Shown here: positions 52,014 through 64,000 of the stretch, one piece after another
Layout of the letters: every line of letters starts with the position of its first letter
Numbering within the stretch: the stretch's first letter is position 1
DNA from: Balanoglossus misakiensis
Lineage: Eukaryota > Animalia > Hemichordata
Direction: 5' to 3'
Assembly (NCBI GenBank): GCA_040954595.2
Contig: CM082590.2
Location: 1,612,001 to 1,676,000 of the forward strand
DNA: 64,000 bases
Position numbers and translations under genes: made by a program
The notes under the pieces: model-generated
The model's input: the letters and a program-made list of their open reading frames with translations, nothing else
What the model was told of the DNA's origin: nothing
Database searches by the model: none

Positions 52014-52755
52014 TGTGAAGTTTCGGGGGCGATAGTTACAGCACGCTCACAGCTAATTGTTAACTACAGCAAATTAGTAGGCCGTGCGGACAGGAACACA
52101 GTAGTGTTCAGTAAAACGAAAAGGAAAATCTGGCCACTGGAAGGGCCTAAGCTTATATAGCTACGAAACATTTGCATATTACGCCACATCCGGGCACTAG
52201 CAGTACACCTGCTTTTTGAACAGCCAATGAGCAGAGCTTGCAGTAATATCGAGAGCCGTCTAGCGTGGCAAGCGCTGCTCTCAAAAGCTCGTAGTTTGCC
52301 GTTCCTAGTTCCGCGGGTGGCGATGTATCCCGTCTATTGAACGTTCGTTAGAGTACGGGCAGATCGAGACTGGAGACGAGTGAGATAGAGATTAGCAGTG
52401 TAGAGCAGGGACGACGTGACCAGACTGCCGTGTTGTATTCCTTCTGAGTTGTGTTGATGAAATAAATACAGCGGGGGAAGTTGGAACCGCATTGCTGTGT
52501 GGACTGATAGTTTTGTGATAAATCCGGGCGTGTGAGGCCGCTAACCTTGCAGCGATTTCCCGGCCGCTTGAGAACTTTCTCGACCTACGTATGTACTTAT
52601 TATTGGTGGCAGCGAAAATCTGTGAATCCAGCCGGACACGTCACACTCGTGACTGTCGGCGTATGTGAATATTGGTGACAGCAGGACAGTGTACGAAATA
52701 CCCGAGCATCCCGTGGCGTCCGACGGGTCGATCCGACGGCCGGGCAAACGCCACA
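52014..52755 (+). mobile_element. 5' LTR of a Gypsy/Ty3 retrotransposon (left boundary tentative)
   Basis: TGTGaaGTTT...AAACgcCACA imperfect terminal inverted repeat. TATA-like tatatag at 52154, AATAAA at about 52461. Ends 1 nt before the primer-binding site. Confidence 0.6.
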
Positions 52756-52756
52756 T

Positions 52757-52774
52757 TGGTGGCAGCGGTGGGAT
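52757..52774 (+). promoter_or_regulatory. Primer-binding site (PBS) complementary to the tRNA-Leu 3' end
   Basis: TGGTGGCAGCGGTGGGAT is the reverse complement of ATCCCACCGCTGCCA-CCA (tRNA-Leu AAG/TAG type, from recalled sequence). Confidence 0.85.
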
Positions 52775-52831
52775 ACCCTGTGAGAAAGAAGCGGACTTAT
52801 TTCCTATTGAAACACACAGCCAGATTTTATT

Positions 52832-54400
52832 ATGGCTTCCAACGAAACGGTAGTATTTGCCGTGAGTCCAGACAATGATGAAGACGATGTGTTTGAGGAC
52901 AATATGGACGAGATTCAGTTTAAAGACATGGAAAAGAAGATTGCAAGCAGAGAAACTATACACGGTGAGACTCAAACGTCAAGCGGATATTTTACAGACT
53001 TTGAAGGTCATGTGACGTCACAAAGAGAAGACGGCCGACCTGAACCAACAGAGACAAAAGGACAGAATGAAGTAGACAGTGTGAGACCGAAGAGATCGGA
53101 CATGCGGACTGAGGTGATGCGTAGAGAACCTCAGAAGAACGGTGTGTCCAACGATAATGACAATCAGAACAAATATACTTCCACGATTGACCGAGCTCGC
53201 ATCGACAGGAGAGAATCACCCCTGGCCGAAGCGAGACACACATCTCAAAACGCCAAGTTCAGTCTTGGCAGGGGGCTGACGGCCCAAAACAACAACGTTG
53301 ACCCGGCAGTGAACTCTCTGGCAGAACTATTTTCAGGGCCGATACATCAATCGACCCCACCGACAATTCACGTCACCTCAGAAAACCAATACATCAGGAG
53401 AGGGTGTTCAGCCGAAAATGACCATTATCAAGGGGAAGTGGCGTACGACACTTATCACTGCGACAGTAGAGCCAAACGTACCGAGAGACCTCCTTCCAGC
53501 GATGGTAGTCGTTATCCCCAAAATATTGACGACATACCGAAGCCAGCTCTGAAGAGAGAGCGACGCCTTATAGGGAGAGAACAATTCCAAGAGAGGGGTA
53601 TACCAACTCCACCCCGACCAGTGATAACACCCGATCGCTTCGATGGAAAAGTATCCTGGCGTGACTACTACCGACATTTTGTGTCATGTGCTAGGATCAC
53701 TAACTGGACAGATGAGCAGAAGGGTTATTTCTTTGCTGTTTCTCTTCGGGGATCTGCTCAGAAATTATTGAGCCGAATTGATGTAGACCAGATGGACTAT
53801 CGTTCTTTGGTTGGTCTCCTGGAGAAACGCTATGGAACTACAGGACAGTCTGAACGGTATCTAGTCCAACTGAAATGCCGTAAACGCAAAAAAAAGAGAC
53901 AATTGCCGAACTTGGACAATCTATTTTAGAGCTAACAGAACTGGCCTACCCAGAGGTAGACACAACTGCAATTGAGGAGAGGACCAGTCACCTGTTATGG
54001 ATGTGGAAAGGAAGGCCACATTCGCCGCCATTGTCCGGCCAATCCTCAGGGAAACGACAGCAGACCAGATGGAAGGGCCGACATTTGGTCGAACAACCGC
54101 AACGACCTGTCCAGCCAACAACCCAACCAGTAAACAATCCACATGTGACAATACGTGATGGAGATGAAGAAGAACTGACAATCAATTCCTGTCGACGCAT
54201 GAGACCTGTGTTTTATGTCGTGGCAGAAATATCAAAGAAAACGGTATACGCGTTTATTGACACTGGATCAGAATTAACACTGATCTCACCGAAGATATAT
54301 CAGGGCATGGACAAGAACTGCTGTCCACCATTGTCGCCGTCTCGTGTGCAAGCCTACCAAGCCGATGGATTGACACCACCTTTGGTCCATGGTGAGGCCA
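52832..54400 (+). mobile_element. gag: Gypsy/Ty3 gag (capsid, CCHC knuckle) and aspartic protease; internally deleted, frameshifted, truncated by satellite
   Basis: PDRFDGKVSWRDYYRHF..CARITNWTDEQK...LRGSAQ..LEKRYG, then a frameshift to ETIAELGQSILELTELAYP. Zinc knuckle CYGCGKEGHIRRHC at about 53993. Protease AFIDTGSELTLIS. Confidence 0.9.
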
Positions 54401-57400
54401 TGGACATGAATGCAAGAATGGACACAGATCATTTATGAAGTCAATGTGAACAACTTTACTTGAAGTCAGTACATTGTAAACAGAATACCACAGTTGTAAT
54501 AATTTGTCAGATCAAAATATGTCTATAGACACATCACGTCCATGGACATGAATGCAAGAATGGACACAGATCATTTATGAAGTCAATGTGAACAACTTTA
54601 CTTGAAGTCAGTACATTGTAAACAGAATACCAGAGTTGTAATAATTTGTCTGATCACAATATGTCTATAGACACATCACATACATGGACATGAATGCAAG
54701 AATGGACACGGATCATTTATGAAGTCAATGTGAACAACTTTACTTGAAGTCAGTAAATTGTAAACAGAATACAAGAGTTGTAATAATTTGTCTGATCACA
54801 ATATATCTATAGACACATCACGTCCGACATGAATGCAAGAATGGACACAGATCATTTATGAAGTCAATGTGAACAACTTCACTTGGATTCAGTACATTGT
54901 AAATAGAATACCACATTTGTAATAATTTGTCTGAACACAATATGTCTATAGACACATCACGTCCATGGACATGAATGCATGAATGGACACAGATCATTTA
55001 TGAAGTCAATGTGAACAACTTTACTTGAAGTCAGTAAATTGTAAACAGAAAACAAGAGTTGTAATAATTTGTCTGATCACAATATGTCTATAGACACATC
55101 ACGTCCATGGACATGAATGCAAGAATGGACACAGATCATTTATGAAGTCAATGTGAACAACTTCACTTGAATTCAGTACATTGTAAATAGAATACCACAG
55201 TTGTAATAATTTGTCTGATCACAATATGTCTATAGACACATCACGTCCATGGACATGAATGCATGAATGGACACAGATCATTTATGGAGTCAATGTGAAC
55301 AACTTTACTTGAAGTCAGTAAATTGTAAACAGAATACAAGAGTTGTAATAATTTGTCTGATCACAATATGTCTATAGACACATCACGTACATGGACATGA
55401 ATGTAAGAATGGTCACAGATCATTTATGAAGTCAATGTGAACAACTTTACTTGAAGTCAGTACATTGTAAACAGAATACCAAAGTTGTAATAATTTGTCA
55501 GATCACAATATGTCTATAGACACATCACGTCCATGGACATGAATGTAAGAATGGTCACAGATCATTTATGAAGTCAATGTGAACAACTTTACTTGAAGTC
55601 AGTACATTGTAAACAGAATACCAGAGTTGTAATAATTTGTCTGATCACAAAATGTATATAGACACATCACGTACATGGACATGAATGTAAGAATGGTCAC
55701 AGATCATTTATGAAGTCAATGTGAACAACTTTACTTGAAGTCAGTAAATTGTAAACAGAATACCAGAGTTGTAATAATTTGTCTGATCACAATATGTCTG
55801 TAGACACATCACGTCCATGGACATGAATGCAAGAATGGACACAGACCAAAGTTGTAATAATTTGTCAGATCACAATATGTCTATAGACACATCACGTACA
55901 TGGACATGAATGCATGAATGGACACAGATCATTTATGAAGTCAATGTGAACAACTTTACTTGAAGTCAGTAAATTGTAAACAGAATACAAGAGTTGTAAT
56001 AATTTGTCTGATCACAATATGTCTGTAGACACATCACGTCCGACATGAATGCAAGAATGGACACAGATCATTTATGAAGTCAATGTGAACAACTTCACTT
56101 GAATTCAGTACATTGTAAATAGAATACCACATTTGTAATAATTTGTCTGATCACAATATGTCTATAGACACATCACGTCCATGGACATGAATGCATGAAT
56201 GGACACAGCTCATTCATGAAGTCAATGTGAACAACTTTACTTGAAGTCAGTAAATTGTAAACAGAAAACAAGAGTTGTAATAATTTGTCTGATCACAATA
56301 TGTCTATAGACACATCACGTCCATGGACATGAATGCAAGAATGGACACAGATCATTTATGAAGTCAATGTGAACAACTTCACTTGAATTCAGTACATTGT
56401 AAATAGAATACCACAGTTGTAATAATTTGTCTGATCACAATATGTCTATAGACACATCACGTCCATGGACATGAATGCATGAATGGACACAGATCATTTA
56501 TGAAGTCAATGTGAACAACTTTACTTGAAGTCAGTACATTGTAAACAGAATACCAGAGTTGTAATAATTTGTCTGATCACAAAATGTATATAGACACATC
56601 CGAAAATGGACATGAATGTAAGAATGGTCACAGATCATTTATGAAGTCAATGTGAACAACTTTACTTGGTTTCAGTAAATTGTAAACAGAATACCAGAGT
56701 TGTAATAATTTGTCTGATCACAATATGTCTGTAGACACATCACGTCCATGGACATGAATACAAGAATGGACACAGACCAAAGTTGTAATAATTTGTCAGA
56801 TCATAATATGTCTATAGACACATCACGTACATGGACATGAATGCATGAATGGACACAGATCATTTATGAAGTCAATGTGAACAACTTTACTTGAAGTCAG
56901 TAAATTGTAAACAGAATACAAGAGTTGTAATAATTTGTCTGATCACAATATGTCTATAGACACATCACGTACATGGACATGAATGTAAGAATGGTCACAG
57001 ATCATTTATGAAGTCAATGTGAACAACTTTACTTGAAGTCAGTACATTGTAAACAGAATACCAAAGTTGTAATAATTTGTCAGATCACAATATGTCTATA
57101 GACACATCACGTCCATGGACATGAATGTAAGAATGGTCACAGATCATTTATGAAGTCAATGTGAACAACTTTACTTGAAGTCAGTACATTGTAAACAGAA
57201 TACCAGAGTTGTAATAATTTGTCTGATCACAAAATGTATATATACACATCACGTACATGGACATGAATGTAAGAATGGTCACAGATCATTTATGAAGTCA
57301 ATGTGAACAACTTTACTTGAAGTCAGTAAATTGTAAACAGAATACCAGAGTTGTAATAATTTGTCTGATCACAATATGTCTGTAGACACATCACGTCCAT

Positions 57401-60400
57401 GGACATGAATGCAAGAATGGACACAGACCAAAGTTGTAATAATTTGTCAGATCACAATATGTCTATAGACACATCACGTACATGGACATGAATGCATGAA
57501 TGGACACAGATCATTTATGAAGTCAATGTGAACAACTTTACTTGAAGTCAGTAAATTGTAAACAGAATACAAGAGTTGTAATAATTTGTCTGATCACAAT
57601 ATGTCTGTAGACACATCACGTCCGACATGAATGCAAGAATGGACACAGATCATTTATGAAGTCAATGTGAACAACTTCACTTGAATTCAGTACATTGTAA
57701 ATAGAATACCACATTTGTAATAATTTGTCTGATCACAATATGTCTATAGACACATCACGTCCATGGACATGAATGCATGAATGGACACAGCTCATTTATG
57801 AAGTCAATGTGAACAACTTTACTTGAAGTCAGTAAATTGTAAACAGAAAACAAGAGTTGTAATAATTTGTCTGATCACAATATGTCTATAGACACATCAC
57901 GTCCATGGACATGAATGCAAGAATGGACACAGATCATTTATGAAGTCAATGTGAACAACTTCACTTGAATTCAGTACATTGTAAATAGAATACCACAGTT
58001 GTAATAATTTGTCTGATCACAATATGTCTATAGACACATCACGTCCATGGACATGAATGCATGAATGGACACAGATCATTAATGAAGTCAATGTGAACAA
58101 CTTTACTTGAAGTTAGTAAATTGTAAACAGAATACAAGAGTTGTAATAATTTGTCTGATCACAATATGTCTGTAGACACATCACGTCCATGGACATGAAT
58201 GCAAGAATGGTCACAGATCATTTATGAAGTCGATGTGAACAACTTTACTTGAAGTCAGTAAATTGTAAACAGAATACAAGAGTTGTAATAATTTGTCTGA
58301 TCACAATATGTCTGTAGACACATCACGTCCATGGACATGAATGCAAGAATGGACACAGACCAAAGTTGTAATAATTTGTCAGATCACAATATGTCTATAG
58401 ACACATCACGTACATGGACATGAATGCATGAAAGGACACAGATCATTTATGAAGTCAATGTGAACAACTTTACTTGAAGTCAGTAAATTGTAAACAGAAT
58501 ACAAGAGTTGTAATAATTTGTCTGATCACAATATGTCTGTAGACACATCACGTCCGACATGAATGCAAGAATGGACACAGATCATTTATGAAGTCAATGT
58601 GAACAACTTCACTTGAATTCAGTACATTGTAAATAGAATACCACATTTGTAATAATTTGTCTGATCACAATATGTCTATAGACACATCACGTCCATGGAC
58701 ATGAATGCATGAATGGACACAGCACATTTATGAAGTCAATGTGAACAACTTTACTTGAAGTCAGTAAATTGTAAACAGAAAACAAGAGTTGTAATAATTT
58801 GTCTGATCACAATATGTCTATAGACACATCACGTCCATGGACATGAATGCAAGAATGGACACAGATCATTTATGAAGTTAATGTGAACAACTTCACTTGA
58901 ATTCAGTACATTGTAAATAGAATACCACAGTTGTAATAATTTGTCTGATCACAATATGTCTATAGACACATCACGTCCATGGACATGAATGCATGAATGG
59001 ACACAGATCATTTATGAAGTCAATGTGAACAACTTTACTTGAAGTCAGTACATTGTAAACAGAATACCAGAGTTGTAATAATTTGTCTGATCACAAAATG
59101 TATATAGACACATCACGTACATGGACATGAATGTAAGAATGGTCACAGATCATTTATGAAGTCAATGTGAACAACTTTACTTGGTTTCAGTAAATTGTAA
59201 ACAGAATACCAGAGTTGTAATAATTTGTCTGATCACAATATGTCTGTAGACACATCACGTCCATGGACATGAATGCAAGAATGGACACAGACCAAAGTTG
59301 TAATAATTTGTCTGATCACAATATGTCTGTAGACACATCACGTCCATGGACATGAATGCAAGAATGGACACAGACCAAAGTTGTAATAATTTGTCAGATC
59401 ACAATATGTCTATAGACACATCACGTACATGGACATGAATGCATGAATGGACATAGATCATTTATGAAGTCAATGTGAACAACTTTACTTGAAGTCAGTA
59501 AATTGTAAACAGAATACCAGAGTTGTAATAATTTGTCAGATCACAATATGTCTATAGACACATCACGTACATGGACATGAATGCAAGAATGGACACAGAT
59601 CATTTACGAAGTCAATGTGAACAACTTTACTTGAAGTCAGTAAATTGTAAACAGAATACCAGAGTTGTAATAATTTGTCAGATCACAATATGTCTATAGA
59701 CACATCACGTCCATGGACATGAATGCATGAATGGACACAGATCATTAATGAAGTCAATGTGAACAACTTTACTTGAAGTTAGTAAATTGTAAACAGAATA
59801 CAAGAGTTGTAATAATTTGTCTGATCACAATATGTCTGTAGACACATCACGTCCATGGACATGAATGCAAGAATGGACACAGATCATTTATGAAGTCAAT
59901 GTGAACAACTTTACTTGAAGTCAGTACATTGTAAACAGAATACCAGAGTTGTAATAATTTGTCTGATCACAAAATGTATATAGACACATCACGTACATGG
60001 ACATGAATGTAAGAATGGTCACAGATCATTTATGAAGTCAATGTGAACAACTTTACTTGAAGTCAGTAAATTGTAAACAGAATGCAAGATTTGTAATAAT
60101 TTGTCTGATCGCAATATGTCTGTAGACACATCACGTCCATGGACATGAATGCAAGAATGGACACAGACCAAAGTTGTAATAATTTGTCAGATCACAATAT
60201 GTCTATAGACACATCACGTACATGGACATGAATGCATGAATGGACACAGATCATTTATGAAGTCAATGTGAACAACTTTACTTGAAGTCGGTAAATTGTA
60301 AACAGAATACCAGAGTTGTAATAATTTGTCTGCTCACAATATGTCTGTAGACACATCACGTCCATGGACATGAATGCAAGAATGGACACAGACCAAAGTT

Positions 60401-63400
60401 GTAATAATTTGTCTGATCACAATATGTCTGTAGACGCATCACGTCCATGGACATGAATGCAAGAATGGACACAGACCAAAGTTGTAATAATTAGTCAGAT
60501 CACAATATGTCTATAGACACATCACGTACATGGACATGAATGCATGAATGGACACAGATCATTTATGAAGTCAATGTGAACAACTTTACTTGAAGTCGGT
60601 AAATTGTAAACAGAATACCAGAGTTGTAATAATTTGTCTGGTCACAATATGTCTATAGACACATCACGTACATGGACATGAATGCAAGAATGGACACACA
60701 TCATTTATGAAGTCAATGTGAACAACTTTACTTGAAGTCAGTAAATTGTAAACTGAATACCAGAGTTGTAATAATTTGTCTTGTCACAATATGTCTATAG
60801 ACACATCATGTACATGGACATGAATGCAAGAATGGACACAGATCATTTATGAAGTCAATGTGAACAACTTTACTTGAAGTCAGTAAATTGTAAACAGAAT
60901 ACCAGAGTTGTAATAATTTGTCTGGTCACAATATGTCTATAGACACATCATGTACATGGACACGAATGAAAGAATGCACACAGATCATTTATGAAGTCAA
61001 TGTGAACAACTTTACTTGAAGTCAGTAAATTGTAAACAGAATACCAGAGTTGTAATAATTTGTCTGGTCACAATATGTCTATAGACACATCATGTACATG
61101 GACATGAATACAAGAATGGACACAGATCATTTATGAAGTCAATGTGAAAAACTTTACTTGAAGTCAGTAAATTGTAAACAGAATACCAGAGTTGTAATAA
61201 TTTGTCTGGTCACAATATGTCTATAGACACATCATGTACATGGACACGAATGCACACAGATCATTTATGAAGTCAATGTGAACAACTTTACTTGAAGTCA
61301 GTACATTGTAAACAGAATACCAGAGTTGTAATAATTTGTCTGGTCACAATATGTCCATAGACACATTATGTACATGGACATGAATGCAAGAATGGACACA
61401 GATCATTTATGAAGTCAATGTGAACAACTTTACTTGAAGTCAGTACATTGTAAACAGAATACCAGAGTTGTAATAATTTGTCTGATCACAAAATGTATAT
61501 AGACACATCACGTACATGGACATGAATGTAAGAATGGTCACAGATCATTTATGAAGTCAATGTGAACAACTTTACTTGGTTTCAGTAAATTGTAAACAGA
61601 ATACCAGAGTTGTAATAATTTGTCTGATCACAATATGTCTGTAGACACATCACGTCCATGGACATGAATGCAAGAATGGACACAGACCAAAGTTGTAATA
61701 ATTTGTCTGATCACAATATGTCTGTAGACACATCACGTCCATGGACATGAATGCAAGAATGGACACAGACCAAAGTTGTAATAATTTGTCAGATCACAAT
61801 ATGTCTATAGACACATCACGTACATGGACATGAATGCATGAATGGACACAGATCATTTATGAAGTCAATGTGAACAACTTTACTTGAAGTCAGTAAATTG
61901 TAAACAGAATACCAGAGTTGTAATAATTTGTCTGATCACAATATGTCTATAGACACATCACGTACATGGACATGAATGTAAGAATGGTCACAGATCATTT
62001 ATGAAGTCAATGTGAACAACTTTACTTGAAGTCAGTAAATTGTAAACAGAATACAAGAGTTGTAATAATTTGTCTGATCACAATATGTCTGTAGACACAT
62101 CACGTCCATGGACATGAATGCAAGAATGGACACAGACCAAAGTTGTAATAATTTGTCTGATCACAATATGTCTGTAGACGCATCACGTCCATGGACATGA
62201 ATGCAAGAATGGACACAGACCAAAGTTGTAATAATTTGTCAGATCACAATATGTCTATAGACACATCACGTACATGGACATGAATGCATGAATGGACACA
62301 GATCATTTATGAAGTCAATGTGAACAACTTTACTTGAAGTCAGTAAATTGTAAACAGAATACAAGAGTTGTAATAATTTGTCTGATCACAATATGTCTGT
62401 AGACACATCACGTCCATGGACATGAATGCAAAGATGGACACAGACCAAAGTTGTAATAATTAGTCAGATCACAATATGTCTATAGACACACCACGTCCAT
62501 GAACATGAATGCAAGAATGGACACAGATCATTTATGAAGTCAATGTGAACAACTTTACTTGAAGTCAGTACATTGTAAACAGAATACAAGAGTTGTAATA
62601 ATTTGTCTGATCACAAAATGTATATAGACACATCACGTACATGGACATGAATGTAAGAATGGTCACAGATCATTTATGAAGTCAATGTGAACAACTTTAC
62701 TTGAAGTCAGTAAATTGTAAACAGAATACCAGAGTTGTAATAATTTGTCTGATCACAATATGTCTGTAGACGCATCACGTCCATGGACATGAATGCAAGA
62801 ATGGACACAGACCAAAGTTGTAATAATTTGTCAGATCACAATATGTCTATAGACACATCACGTACATGGACATGAATGCATGAATGGACACAGATCATTT
62901 ATGAAGTCAATGTGAACAACTTTACTTGAAGTCAGTAAATTGTAAACAGAATACAAGAGTTGTAATAATTTGTCTGATCACAATATGTCTGTAGACACAT
63001 CACGTCCATGGACATGAATGCAAAGATGGACACAGACCAAAGTTGTAATAATTTGTCTGATCACAATATGTCTATAGACACATCACGTCCATGGACATGA
63101 ATGCATGAATGGACACAGATCATTTATGAAGTCAATGTGAACAACTTTACTTGAAGTCAGTAAATTGTAAACAGAATACCAGAGTTGTAATAATTTGTCT
63201 GATCACAATATGTCTATAGACACATCACGTACATGGACATGAATGCAAGAATGGACACAGATCATTTATGAAGTCAATGTGAACAACTTTACTTGAAGTC
63301 AGTAAATTGTAAACAAAATACCAGAGTTGTAATAATTTGTCAGATCACAATATGTCTATAGACACATCACGTCCATGGACATGAATGCATGAATGGACAC

Positions 63401-64000
63401 AGATCATTAATGAAGTCAATGTGAACAACTTTACTTGAAGTTAGTAAATTGTAAACAGAATACCAGAGTTGTAATAATTTGTCTGATCACAATATGTCTA
63501 TAGACACATCACGTCAATGGACATGAATGCATGAATGGACACAGATCATTTATGAAGTCAATGTGAACAACTTTACTTGAAGTCAGTAAATTATAAACAG
63601 AATACCACAGTTGTAATAATTTGTCTGATCACAATGTGTCTATAGATACATCACGTCCATGGACATGAATGCAAGAATGGACACAGATCATTTATGAAGT
63701 CAATGTGAACAAATTTACTTGAAGTCAGTAAATTGTAAACAGAATACAAGAGTTGTAATAATTTGTCTGATCACAATATGTCTGTAGACACATCACGTCC
63801 ATGGACATGAATGCAAGAATGGACACAGACCAAAGTTGTAATAATTTGTCTGATCACAATATGTCTGTAGACGCATCACGTCCATGGACATGAATGCAAG
63901 AATGGACACAGACCAAAGTTGTAATAATTTGTCAGATCACAATATGTCTATAGACACATCACGTACATGGACATGAATGCATGAATGGACACAGATCATT
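54399..64000 (+). repeat. Homogeneous satellite array, 142-bp monomer with 139-bp and 83-bp variants; at least 9.6 kb, open at the window end
   Basis: catggacatgaatgcaagaatggacacagatcatttatgaagtcaatgtgaacaactttacttgaagtcagta.attgtaaacagaatacc.gagttgtaataatttgtctgatcacaatatgtctatagacacatcacgtc, starting at 54399, 54541 and onward. Confidence 0.97.

Overview
This is AT-rich, intron-containing, repeat-dense animal DNA. The mix of transposable elements (TEs) suggests a marine invertebrate deuterostome such as a hemichordate or echinoderm (inference). No intact host protein gene is visible. From left to right: a spliced, frameshifted SWIM-finger + YqaJ/lambda-exonuclease gene of an ISL2EU/Kolobok-type DNA transposon (0.3-3.7 kb), a Tx1/L1 reverse transcriptase (RT) fragment, a truncated class C GPCR (GABA-B-like) first coding exon, several miniature inverted-repeat TEs (MITEs), a 69-bp minisatellite and a BEL/Pao pol fragment. 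From 17.5 to 30.6 kb there is an array of paralogous ~75-115 nt, apparently non-coding exons in tandem segmental duplications. After that come 50-bp and 90-bp minisatellites, a 7-kb ~194-bp satellite, SINE pieces, and a Gypsy LTR-PBS-gag-protease whose pol is replaced by a 142-bp satellite running to the window end. The top candidate is the exon array: consecutive exons (A then B) are complementary, so splicing would build a long hairpin whose apical stem-loop contains the exon junction. A diverged third pair keeps the pairing through covarying and G-U pairs. All alignments and foldings were done by eye.
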